A stretch of 63,894 nucleotides of DNA, the filler included, from Kipferlia bialata (taxonomy: Eukaryota), in the NCBI GenBank assembly GCA_003568945.1. It is 5 parts of 5 records of this genome, joined end to end, with 100 filler letters (N's around TTAATTAATTAA, not from the genome) between each part and the next. Parts side by side here need not be neighbours in the genome. Positions count along the whole stretch, not along the records: positions 1 to 16,839 come from BDIP01000571.1; positions 16,940 to 33,772 come from BDIP01000572.1; 3 more parts are not named here. One strand, given 5' to 3'. Under the pieces are notes generated by a model. The model saw only the letters and a program-made list of their open reading frames with translations. It searched no databases and was not told the DNA's origin. Both the position numbers and the translations under genes were made by a program. Below, one piece after another: positions 13,160-26,300 of the stretch. Position 1 is the stretch's first letter, and each line of letters opens with the position of its first letter.

Positions 13160-16100
13160 ATACTAATAAATACATAAGACCATCGGGACTACGTAAAGGG
13201 GTCAGCTAAAACAACACATACACATATACACACACACATATACACACACACATATATATATATGTATACCTAGGGATGGGTCGAATAGTGCCGATAGGGC
13301 ACCCTCGACAGCAGAAGGGACAGAGGCACCTGGAGTTAGAGACTCAGTTATGTATTATAATAGTTATCTATATGCATAATGAAAGTATGATATATACGAT
13401 ATAGAATGAAATACATAGCAGAGGACACAGAGGCACCTGCGGTTAGTGACACATACATTATAATGATAATACACAGAAATCTATACACACGTTATGTATT
13501 TATGATATAAATACTCGACAGCAGAGGTTACAGAGGCACTGGGGTAAGAGAAATGAGCATTTACACCCTCTACGGTATATTAATATTACCTAGCCTCCCT
13601 ACCACACTCTCAAAGGATGAGTCTGCAGTGTGACAGGCACCCATCAGGGCAGACACACCGGATATTACTGCGGCTGAGGGTTAATGAGACAATTGAAAAT
13701 CTTTTAATCGCTACTATAACGATCTAAGTGTCTCTATGTATAACTATGTGACATGCTCCTATCGGGTCAGATAGAGACTGAAATCAAACATAATGCAATA
13801 TACACTCACATATACAGAATATCGACGTGCCAAAAGTGCATGTCCCTCTTCCAGGCCAAGAAATATCAACATATATATACTAACTATCCACTGACATATA
13901 CATTGGTACATTGTGAGTATGCATGTACCTAGGGGTGCCAGCAGTGCCTGTCCCTCCTCTATCCCAAGGGTCTCTACCAGTCTGTATATCCTGGGATAAG
14001 AAGCGATATATAAAAGTGTGAAACTGGTTGGGAGTATAGAATAGGCTAGGGCTCTCAACGAGTATGTATATCCTGGTGTTGAAAAGAGAGCATACAGAGA
14101 GCACTCTGAAACTCTAAAACTCTGTGCCATGCAATACTAACTTGAATGTGTGATATATCAGAAAACACAACACGTACCTGACATATGAGGTCACCAAGGA
14201 ATCAAGCTCTGGCAGTGTGTCTGGCTTAAAGACGTTTGAAGCGTCCAGAGCGTCTGAAGCGTCTGAGACGTTCATGCAGAAACGAACCAGGCCACCAAGC
14301 CAAGAGAGCACCTCTTCCTTCCCAGTCTCCCTTGCAAAAGACTGAGAGAGAGTCTCGGTGAGAGCAAGTGCCGCAAAGGCGTCTCCTGTGAATGTGGATA
14401 CCAGTGATAGCACTGTGTCACTCTCCTTCTCGCTTTCCATGCCGACTTCTAGTAGTGCCTCAGCTACACTCTTGTGCTGTATCACCCCCTGCATCACTCT
14501 GTCAGCTATACTCTCGTTGCATGTCACAGAGGGAGGGGGGCAGAGAGAGTAGGTGGAGACACACTCTGTGAATGGGGCAAGGCGCTGCATCTCCCCCTCT
14601 CCCTCTCCATCCATGTCTCCCTCTTGGTCGAGGTATATGGTGGCGACGTCCTGGAGTTAGACTATACAAATATAGGGGTTTAGGTATTGGTAAGGATATG
14701 CGCTCTGTATGCTCTATATGCCGTTGCCAGTGTCCCCAGTCTATAACAATATCAAGACATACATTTCTGTATAATACATACTAATAAAAAATAGAATAGT
14801 AATATATATAATACAAATAATAATACATACATGCGTCTATACACACTCCATACCTCTGCCAGTGTGTCTATGTCCCCAAGGGTGGCACATAGGGATACAC
14901 ACTATATGTATATATGTGTGTATATATACTACATACTATATATGCATATATACCTCTGCCAGTGTGTCTATGTCCCCAAGGGTGGCACAGAGGGAGCGGA
15001 ACAGTGCACCTCTCCTGACACGTAAGCACAGTAACCATATGTAACAATATAATACACTACATATGCTCAGATACAGAGGAATGGGTGTGGAGCACCTCTC
15101 CTGACATGTTAGATACACTGCAGTATTCTATTCACATGTACGTGTATATCTATACGATGAACATATCCACCTTTTGTGGCTGATGCACTCGATACAGAGT
15201 GGAGTATGAATACACACATCCATATATACATATATACATATATACATATATACCTACTGTGTGTGTGGCTTGTGGGGTGTGCCCCCAGTCCAGACACAGA
15301 GGGGTGGGACACGCTCAGCTTGAAGACCTAAAGAGTGAGAGGGAGCTTGGTGACTCGTAATTTTATACATATACAAATAACATAGAGCAGTTGAAGACCT
15401 TAAGAGTAAGAGGGAAACTGTGATACAAGAGAAATGGCCATATCCCACAAAGGTGTAAAAGAGAGATTACACAACACAGGAGATGGAACACTCAACAATA
15501 ATTGTCTTATCACCTTCGACAGGGATATGTTGTTCCCTGTGTTCTTTAACACCCTGAGTGCCTGCTGCACAGCGACACTAGTACCACTCTCTCCCCCTGT
15601 CTCTCTCTCCCTCTCTGCAAAGATGGGGTCGATGAGAGACATGGCGTAGCGGCACTCTGCTTCTCTCTCTCCCCCTCCCTCAGTGCATGCATGTGTGCTT
15701 CTGCGAGCCATGACCTCGGACACAGCCCACACCAGACACACACGCCTCACAACCACGGCCTCTCTCTCCCTCTCTCCCTCCCCTCGTCCGTAGCCGGAGA
15801 GAAGGAGAGAGAAGTGGGAGGAGACTAGCTGTCTGGCTGCTATGTCTAAGAGGGGTGTTAGTAAGGCATCGCCTACCGATGCAAGGGGGAGAGAGAGAGG
15901 GGAGGCAGAGGCGGCAGCACAGATGGCTGCGTCAAGGATGGGACACAAGGATGAGTCACCATCAGTAGCAAAGTGAGTCTCGTCCTGCTCACTGTCGGAT
16001 ATGGATACGGTGTCCTCGCTACCCTCTCTCTCTACATCTCTCTCCCCTTCTCCTCCATGTGCCTGGGGTCAAAACATAGAGACAAAGAATATACAAAAGG

Positions 16101-16776
16101 GTGTAGCGGGAGAGCGAGAGAGAGAGAGAGAGAGAAGACGTGCCGTGTGTGTGGACAAGAGGGGAGCAAGGTACGGGGAGACGTAGGTAAGTAGGGAGCT
16201 GGTGGGACGGCCATCCCTATCTCCCTCTCCCTCTCCCTCTGTCTCACTCTCTGTGTCTATGCCCGATGTCTCGTTGTAAGTCGCCGAGACAAGACCTGGG
16301 GTCAGTATCAGTATAGGGATCCGTATCAGAATGAATGTATACACTTATACCTAGCAGGGAGTGGCACAGGGCTACAAACTCATGTGTGCCATGGGTTACA
16401 ATGGATGCCAGAACTAAAAAGTATATACATAGGTTTCTTTACATATAACAATATATACCTAAGAGAGAGTGGCACAGGGCAACAAACTCATGTGTGCCAC
16501 TGGTTACAACAGAGGTGTGGTTGTTGGATGTTCCACACCCTGTGACGACAGATATGCACACACGGAGGAGAAGGGTGAGGGCATCTGGAGAACCAGCCTG
16601 GTATTGAGGGTGTAGAGAGAGAGAGAGACAGAGAGAGAACCAGACTCAGAAAATAGGTGAGGGCATCTGGAGCCGGTCTACAAATATGGGTGTGGGAAAG
16701 GAGTTGCGTTTCAACTAGATAATACACAACAATATATATGTACCTCCGCTGTGTTTCTGAGTGCCTTGACCAGATA
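3848..16776 (-). CDS. Large multi-exon hypothetical protein, 5' incomplete, probably alpha-helical
   Basis: A long series of co-oriented GT-AG exons, including ORF cores 14114-14614, 15400-15948 and 12458-12850. The last exons splice in frame to VNTAVGADVGALPFTPCATLLVR-PVSTDESGIDWAVLQHSIDRVS-GIPRTAGKRGWRGWMQKGASAVGNGMKTMLQDE and a TAG at 3850-3848. No family recognised; it could be more than one gene. Confidence 0.6.
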
Positions 16777-16784
16777 TACTCATG

Positions 16785-16839
<55 letters not shown>

Positions 16840-16939
16840 NNNNNNNNNNNNNNNNNNNNNNNNNNNNNNNNNNNNNNNNNNNNTTAATTAATTAANNNNN
16901 NNNNNNNNNNNNNNNNNNNNNNNNNNNNNNNNNNNNNNN
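16840..16939. other. Artificial contig-joining spacer
   Basis: N44 + TTAATTAATTAA (stops in all frames) + N44. Confidence 0.97.
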
Positions 16940-17291
16940 GGTGGCTGGGCTGGGGGGGGGGGGGGGGGGGGGGGGCAGAGAGGGATGATGTGCTGCCACA
17001 TCATACGTGTCATATGTGTATGTGTCTCTGTCTGTGTGTTTTCACTCCCGTACCTGAGATAGGAGCTGGTTCTAGTATATATATTTTCTATATGTGTATA
17101 TGGGTGTGTGTATGACCTAACCCCAGTACCTCAGGCAAGAGCTGAGATAGATATACATAGATATGGAAATATATTTTTACCATCATATATATATATATTC
17201 TTACCCCAGTACCTGAGGCAGGAGCTAGTGCTAGTATAGGTATATATAGTATATATATGTGTATATAGATATGTATATGTCCTAACCCCAG

Positions 17292-20200
17292 TACCTGAGA
17301 CAGGAGCTAGTGCGAGAGACAGAGACACAGGAAGAGTCTGAGGGAGAAGGCGAGGGGGATGGGGATGGGGAGGGAGAAGAACCCACATCTGAGGCAAGTA
17401 GAGCAGTCTTTACTCTTTGCTGAGGCCAGGTCTATTGCTTCTCTCTCTGGACATGGATACTGGTATCATTATTGTGCTTCTCATTAATATACTAATCCCA
17501 GGCCTGTGTGGGCAAGCTTGCCTATGTATATGTATGCACACACATATATATGTGATGCCATGTTTACTTGTGTACCAGTTGTGTCTAATTCCCAGGCCAG
17601 TGCTGCCTCAGCTCTCTCTATGGGTATATGCAATACTTTGCATATATATTCTGTGTATACTAGTATTCTCTAATGTCCAGGCCAGTGCTGCCTCAGCTCT
17701 CTCTGTGGCACAGAGGCTTCTGACTGCAGCAGAGACAGGACTGCAGAGGTATATATATATGATGAGGCTATACTATATGCATTTGCATCAGATGGATTGT
17801 GGGACCTGTGTGTGTTCGATCTATATACTGAACTCAGTGTTACTTCAGATCCTTCACTCAGTGTCTACTTTTCCCTTTTTTTCATGTCCACTAACCCAGG
17901 GCCGAGGCAGAGAGAGACGCCAGGCAGCAGAGGGTGCAGTCCACTCTTACAGGTACGTAAATATATATATGTATATAAATATAAATATAAATATAAATAT
18001 ATATATATATGTATATTTGCATGTATACGCTGCCACTGACGCCAGCTGTGACGCAGACCCTGGGTCTGACTGGGAGGGGTGGAGATGGCACCTCTGTTCC
18101 CCCCTCTGCTGTGCTCAGGTACATGCTATATATCGGTATATACACTGCATACTTCAAATGTGTACACTATGCATTATGTATGATGAATTGGTACTAGATG
18201 TGCATACTACAGTATTCATTTTCTTTTCATTCTAAGGACACTATCCCTCTGCTGTGCTCAGGTACATACTACACATCTCTATACTACACATATAGATACA
18301 CCACACAACTCTTTCTATTTGTAGCTCAATTGTACCCTAGTACCTCTCCCTGTGAAGCCTCAGGGGAGATACTGTGACCTTGTAGCCTCTTGTTCCATTC
18401 CTCAGCTGTCTTTTGGCTCCAGTATCATACACTTCTATACATCTACTTAATCTCAGGGCCTTTGCCAGGAGGGTCCTTAGTGGTGTGGAGTCTTCAGAGC
18501 AAGGGGGAGAGGGGGAGGGAGAGACTGAGGGAGCGGCGGTAGTGGAGAGAGTCAAGGTCAGTTCTTGTGTGATATATACAATTACACACAACATATGTAC
18601 TTTGTTATATAACTTGCAGTGTTATAGCTGTACCGGTGTACTGCTATATGCACTGACCCCATGCCGATCTATCCCCCCTCTCTCCTGCATATACATGAGA
18701 TTTTTACCTCGTATTGCTAGGGCTGACCCCGGGCCGACCTAGCCGAGCTCCGTGTCCTAGATCTCTCTTTTTTCTTCTCATTCTATATTTATACCCTTGC
18801 ATTTCTATCTCTAACGCCAGGCCGACCTAGCCGAGCTCCGTGTGCTGGAGTCCAACATCATGGAGAGGGGGAGAGAGAGGGAGATGCTGGCCAAGGAGAA
18901 GGAGAGACTGCAGAGGGCCTATCAGAAGGCACTAAGGGAGAGAGAGACTGTTCAGGAGGGGATAGCTGCTCTAGGTGCTGCTGATGCTGGCACGGCCTCT
19001 ATCGATGACAGGAAGGCTGCCTACAAGACGATATCTGCAGACATCAACAGGCTAGAGAGCTCTATCAGCAGTGCCAAGACAGAGATCAGAGGGTGTGCGA
19101 GGTCTGTTTCGTACCCAGTAGAGTGTGCATCTGCATACAGACCTGGCCGTGTACCTGCTGCTGTCGAGGTACACCCTCCTCCTGATCGTGTAGCCTCAGG
19201 GTTTGTGCCTCTGCGTGTGGCGTCTCTCCTCTACATTGAGGGGGGGAGAGCGGGAGAGGGAGAAAGGTCTCTGCCCCCCAAGGCCATAGCTGCCGCCCTC
19301 TCTGCCAAGGCCCTCTCCACTGTGGTAGTGTCCACTGCACATACAGACTCAGACTATGCATCAGGAACGAGTTGTATCACTATCAGTATCTTACTATTCT
19401 TATTACTGATACTCAGACTATGGATCAGGGAGAGGGAGAGGGAGAGGGAGAGGGGGTCAGGAGGAGATGGCCGTGGTCAGACTGGCCAGACACTGCAAGG
19501 CACCGGTGTGGCCTCTCGACGTACTCAAGGTGTGTGCCACTGCTTGCACATAGATTTGCATGTGTGGTAGTGTCTCAGGAGGGTTATGTTTGTACCACTA
19601 ACCCCCTAGCCCCGTGGCTCTGGTTCCAGTGTCCTGGGTGCTCTGATGCAGAGGGGGGAGAGGGTACATACAGGTGAAACACTTTACTATATTATTGATG
19701 AGTCATCATAACAGTATACATACTGTTCATACCATTTCTATACATATGTAATCATCCGGGACACTGGTTGTAAAACGAGATTATATCTATCAATACTTAT
19801 GTCTGTATATGTAGGCATGTATTCATCTCAGGTTCTGGCCGTGTCCCCCGTGTGGCCAAGGCTGATGGTCTGGGGTGCTACACTGTCACCTTCAACGACT
19901 CCACCTCTGTGCAGGTGGTTGACCTCTATGACATAATCAGAGTCAGACTGGCAGACCCTAGGCAAGCAAGGTATATATATATATATATATATGACTATAC
20001 ATGTATAGTACTCGACATCTATGTTATTAGAGTCAGACTGGCAGACCCCAGACAGGCCAGGTATATTGTTATAACTTCAACCATATTGCTCTTTATACCC
20101 ATGTATATTAAGCGTGTTTGAGTATTGATGTGTGGCTATGTTAGAGATATATGAACTACTTATAGATATCTAACACCCCAGGACTGTGCTCTCCAGAGTG

Positions 20201-23135
20201 TTCAGGGGACCTAGCATAGTGAGTCAGACCGCAGAGGACGCAGGTAGACCATTTCTGATATATACAATGTGTATATAGCTAACTGATCTCTTTGTGATAC
20301 CTATCAGGCATACTCCTACTAGAACATAAGTATAAGTATTCACATTGATGTCACTTGTGAATTCTTGTCTCTCACTGTCAGGCCGACTCCTCTCTGAGCT
20401 TGACCTGGCCTCAGTCACACAGGCAGGGGAGGTGTTCTCAGGGTACGACGAGGATATGTATATACGTATACCTGTTCTCTTAGTGTGACTGTGCATGTGA
20501 GCCTGTCTAACCCCTAGCTACTCTGTGCAGGTTGGCTCCCCCAGCAAGCTCTCCATCGGAGTGGTCCGCCTCCACCATCTCTACAAGTCCCTGGCCACTC
20601 TCTCTGCTGAGTGTGAGGGACTGTCACAGCAGAGAGGTGCACTGCAGGCCGGACTTAGGCGAGAGAGACTGGTGGAGCGAGAGGCTGCGCTAGCTTCCTC
20701 CTGTGACCAGTTGCGCCTTGCCCTACAGGACCTGCTGATAGGGGAGGACACTGGCGCTGAGGGAGAGGGGGAGGGAGAGGCAGAGGGAGAGAGACTGGCT
20801 GCCAATCGGACTCTGGTAGACGGACTCAAGACCGCCCTCTCTGCTGTGTCTAGCCTCCATGCCCTGTCACCTGTGCAGAGGGATAGGGACATGGTCACTG
20901 CCGCAGAGCATCGGGTGGCACTGGCAGACGTCGCTCTCCAGGTTAGTCTTCCCATAACATCCTACTATATGATGCTTTATTGTGTATTCTTTTGATTGTT
21001 CTTATACGTTAGGATGAGCTTGCCAGGCGTGATGCCAGACAGGCCAGACAGGCAGAGAGGGAGAAGGGGAGAGATGTGTACAGGGCCACACTCGCCGAGC
21101 AGGAGGGACTGCTCAAGGAGGCGGTGTCGGCACGGGAGGCAATTAGTACACGCATAGAGGTACCGAGTATCAAATACTATGACTCAACACACTAATGCCT
21201 GTACATATTCTCAACTTATTAATCCGTATTTGTATACTATTGAGATATTGCATGTCTAACCCCCAGACCCATCGGCGTGACATTGAGCATGGGACAGAGG
21301 TAGCACTTGGGGAGGCTACGGAGAGCTTGGAGAGACTATCTGCATCACTCCTCAGAGAGAGAGGGAGAGTGGAAGAGCAGGGGACAGAGGAGGAGGACTC
21401 CGACCCAGAGGACGAGACCCAGTCAGATGCATCTACCCCTGCCCTGACTCTAGAGGGCGTGGTACTGCTTCTCCAGAGGACTCTCTTCCCCACTCCCCCT
21501 GGATCTGCCAGGCCCTCTCTGCACATCCCCCTACTTAGAGACATTGTGAACCCTGTTGCAGCAGAGCCCAGCCAGCGGGTGACACGTCTTCAACGCCGAC
21601 TCCTCTCCCTCCTCTCACCTGTGATTGGCAGGTGCTACACACAGATAGTCCAACAGTTACCACCCCCTGCTGCCCCTGGGGCTGGCCTATACACTAGAGC
21701 CCCCTCTCACCCACCCACTCTGCAGGGATGGTGGGAGCAGCCTAGCACTGACACGAAGGCGGTGTGCAGTGTGACAAGTGATGTGCTGGATTGTGCTGTT
21801 GTGGCTATGGAGGAGGGAGAGGAGGACAGAGAGCCCCTGCTCCAGCTGGTCTCCAGACACTCTCTGCTCACCTCTCAGCTGGCGGAAGAGGGAGAGGGAG
21901 AGGGAGAGACCAGCGAGGAGGCTCAGGACGATATAGTGCAGCTGGTGGAGACGCTCAACACAAGGTATATATACTGCTACAACTCTCCCCACCACTCTGA
22001 CCCTCTATGTGCATTAAATTCTTTACTATTCTGGGGGTGAATCTACTGCTAACAATAGGTACATCAAGCTTGAGCAGGCCGAGGCCAGACTGGTGGATGC
22101 ACTGCAACAGCTCAAGGAGAGAACGGCAGGTATGTTATTATTTACACAAACACACACATACGCGCTATTTAGTACTCTAGGAGAGGTGGATATGTGTTCC
22201 AACTGCCAATGATGCTGACTCTGTATTATTTCTCTGACCCCCAGAGTCCATTGTGACCCTGGCCAGTGATGTCAACACACACCTCACAGACATGTTCAGG
22301 CTATTTGTAGGTATTCTATATACATTCTATTCATATACCTTCTATATTCATAATGCATTTCATGCCTGGTTCCTCTTGTCTATGTGAAGGTAGATACTAT
22401 ACTATACTTAGACCCTGCCTTCTCAACCTGCATTCAAATCATTCTCTCTGTGCAGTGGCACTCCTACTACTATTTAACTAGCTCGTGTATCATGTGTTAA
22501 CACCAGGCCCTGCCTTCTCTGCCACCATTGGCATGGATGAGATAGAGACAGGAGAGGACGCCGATGGGGATGGGGATGAAGAGGCTAACATGGTCCCAGT
22601 TCTCAAGGTTAGGATGGAATATAGTGGTAATTGATCGCAGACATGGTGGTTTGCTTGTTTGTTTCTTTTGACCCCAGGTTCTTCATGACGACTCCCCTGT
22701 TAGACTGGCCGAGCTGAGTGGTGGGCAGCGCTCCCTGGCTGTACTATCCCTGCTCCTGTCGACATCTATGGCCGTCAGTGACACAGGTAGAGGGAACTGC
22801 TCTATTGGCTAGTCTCACACATGTATCTCCAATACTACGACCGGGTATACCAGACTATCTGTATGCATGCAATCATCCAATCCTAGGCACCCTCCTCCTA
22901 GATGAGGCAGACGCCCAGCTGGATGCTACAAACAGAGCCACATTCATGCGCTCAGTCAGTGAAGTGTTCAGAAACAGACAGGTAAGGATACTCTTTTGAT
23001 CCGTGGTGTTGGAGTGTCTTTGATTTTACCCAGGTGATTGTTGTCAGCCACCACCTCTCCAGCCAGATACTGAGGTTGGGCAAGGTCACCACACTCTCCC
23101 TTGTAGACGGAGAGACACGTACAGACGGCAAATAG
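17292..23135 (+). CDS. Divergent SMC-family ATPase (SMC2-like signature), N-terminal head missing because of the contig break
   Basis: Spliced product has coiled coils, hinge-like segments (AIAAALSAKALSTVVVST; APVWPLDVLK; RTVLSRVFRGPSIVSQTAEDA-GRLLSELDLASVTQAGEVFSG), ABC signature LAELSGGQRSLAVLSLLL, Walker B/D-loop LLLDEADAQLD and H-loop VIVVSHH. TAG ends at 23135. Confidence 0.85.
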
Positions 23136-23352
23136 ACACACTCAAGCAGATACTCACAGTTGATATGCTACATTTACTAATATACACATGTACACCCAGC
23201 CAGCACGTACTAGCCGGACACACAAGGTGAGACCCCCCACAGCCTCAGAAATTAGGGGAACAGTTCCACAGAACGGTAACAGATACCGAACGCGTACTGT
23301 TGGACAATAAGAAAACAAATACTAGACACTCTGCCTAGTGTAGTCAGACACA

Positions 23353-26300
23353 TTAGGAGGCGATGAACCTCAATGTGTCAGTGACTGGGTTGGATGCAAA
23401 CGCCTGAATCTTGAACACCACTGGGTAACTTGTGCTACAAGCATATCCAGACATGGTGGACTGATCCAGGTAGGTACCGTAATACCGAAGATTGCCAGAA
23501 GACAACCTCCAGTAAGAAGAGCTCGTGGTTACGGTATACGGCTTGAACACAGAAGTCTTCCAGCCGCTGGCGTAGCACATGTACTGGACAACGATCTGGA
23601 TACTGGAATGAACGGAGGACGTATTCTCATGCACAACGTCAACGCCGACATCATAGTAGCTGCTGCCGTTGGACCAACTGCTACCGAGGGCAACAACGGT
23701 CTCAGCGTAGCCTGGTGCGAAGGGAGAGGAGACAGAGCTGACCGATGCCAAACCGGCCTCAAGGATACTCTTCTCAATCTCAGAGTCTGAGGCACCCATC
23801 ACAAGCCGGTTGTTGTTCGACTCGCGGTAGAACTTTCCGGCAAGTGTTGAACCGCTGACATAGATTCCGAGACTTGTGTCAGGTGAGTACAGTGTGGAGG
23901 GAACGGTCAGGGACGTGCCAGTAATGGTGACTGCCGCGCTTGCAGCTAGATCCAAAGTGGAGCCAGTACTCTCAAGCTTCAGAGCGGAGGCGGTGCTGCC
24001 CAGCCACTCCTCACCCTTAGCGAAGGTGAGGGTGTCGGAACTGTGGGTCATAACAAGCCCAGATGCATCGTTCAGCATAAGGGTGGTCGAGGAACCGGAA
24101 ATAGTTAGCTGCGTCCCATGATTGAGCTGACTGGCAGTGATCTGGCCGGAGCAGGATAGAGTACCAGTGATAGACACGTTACCAACCATAGCTGTAGATG
24201 CAGTGAGGGTAAGGGTTGTGGCGTTGATGCCAAGGGTACCGGAGGTGGAAGCTAGAGTAGTTGCAGTGATTGAAGGGGCGATGACGGCCGTGGTGGCGTT
24301 AAGGGTGCCCTTCAGGGAGAGAGTGCTGCTGTTGAGCGACACCACACTGTCAACGCCCCCAACATCGACATCCAGACTAGATGCTGCTGTAATGCTAGCG
24401 ACAGTGACGCCGGCACTGCATGTAAGTGCATTGGCAATAGTAACACCACTACTGGCACCAATCTCCAGTCCAGCAGTCGTCTCCATGAAGAGCGTGGAGC
24501 TGGCCGCCTCGTGAGTCAGCTGTAGGCTGGCGAAGGCGTCAGAGGCACTCTTGACCTTGAAGTCAAGAGTACCACCATCAGCTGGAGAACTCACGTTGCC
24601 AGTGACGAACACATCGCCAGCAACTGTCACGTCCTTCGTGACGGACATAGAGGCCTCGACCGCAAGGGTTTCCGAGGTCTTAATAGTATCAACTGTGAGG
24701 TCGCCAGAGAGAGTGACTCCCGAGCTAGTCACAGCCAGCTGAGAGCCTCCAGTGGACTCGATCACAAACGTGTTAGGCACATCCAGAGGCTTGGACAGGG
24801 TGATGGAATCGTTGGAGCTAGTGATGGAGTCGACAGTCAGTCCGTTGGTGATGGATGTTTCGAGGAGAGTGGTCTTGGTCGAGGATATTGTGAACGCAGA
24901 GGCGTTCAGAAGCATCTTCTGAGAGCCGGACACCTTGAGGCTGTATCCAGTGGCATCGACGGTGAGGGCGCCAGAATCAATAGTCAGGGCCTCATCGTTG
25001 GTGTCGACAGACCAGGTGGATGCATCATGGGCGACCTCAAGCTTCGCAGTGCTGGAATCACCGAGGGTAAGAGTGTCAGATACAATGGCAGTGCTGGTTC
25101 CAGTCAGTGTCAGAGCGGCATCCGACGTCAGAGCAGAGGTGGTGAGGGAACCGACAGTGGCCACACCAGTGACTCCCAGGGTAGTGCCAACGGTAAGGGC
25201 CGTAGTAACATCCAGAGTACTTCCGACAGTTAGTCCCTCGGTTGTGGTGACAGGCTGGCCTAGGGAGATTGTGCCAGCTGAGCTCAGGCTGAGGATGGAC
25301 CCAGTTGTCGAGAGGCTAGCGGACTTGAGACTCTGGGCCGTGACAGTACCGGAAGAAGCAGTGATACCGCCTGGTACAGTGAGAAGGGTCTCGGCCACGG
25401 TGTATGAACCTCCGGCCCCGATAGTGATACCAAGGCTGGAGCTCTTGGTGATGTTACCGGTGACAGCAAGAGTGTTGCTGTCGAGTGTGATGGTGTTGGT
25501 GGCAGTGACGGAGATGGCATCAGAGTTGGTGATGGATCCCACTGTCAGTCCGTTGTTGATGGTAGCGGCCTGGAGGGTCGTGGTGGTGGAGGATACTGTG
25601 AGGGCGGCGCCGGTGAGCACCATCATCTCATCATCGGCCACATTGAAGGTGTACCCAGATGCCTTAACGGAGAGGGCATCTGTGGTAGACAGAGACCAGG
25701 CAGAGTCGGCATGTGCGAAGCCCAGGGTGTTGCTGGAGCCAACGTTGAGAGTGTCAGCAGCCACAACAACACTGGTACCGGTGAGGGTGAGGGCGGCGGC
25801 AGTAGTGACAGAGGGAGAAACGAGAGACCCCACTGTGGCTGCCCCTGTGACATCGAGGGTGGTACCCACAGTCAGAGACTTTCCAGGGATGGTCACGTCA
25901 CCGACAAGGGAGACATTGCTGCCACCAGTAAGAGTCAAGGTATCATCAGAGGTGGTAAGGCTCGCAGATACAAGACTCTTGGCTGTGATGGCCCCAGAAG
26001 AGGCTGTGATAGTACCGGGCACGGTAAGGGCACCGGCTGCCATCGTGTAGGCTCCTCCTGCGACTGTGAAGCCCAGGGAACCGGAGGCCTTGGCAATGTT
26101 GCCAGTGAGAGTCAGGGTGGCTGCAGTGACAGTGACGCCAGTAGAGGCTGTGATTGCCAGGTTGTTGCTGGTACCGTAGAGAGTCGGAGTGGTGACTGAT
26201 GTCGTGGCACCCACGGTGGTCTCTGCAATGAGAGCCCCCTTGACAGTGAGGCTAGAGGAGGTTACGGTGGCTGGGTCAATAGTGACAGTTCCAGAGCTGG

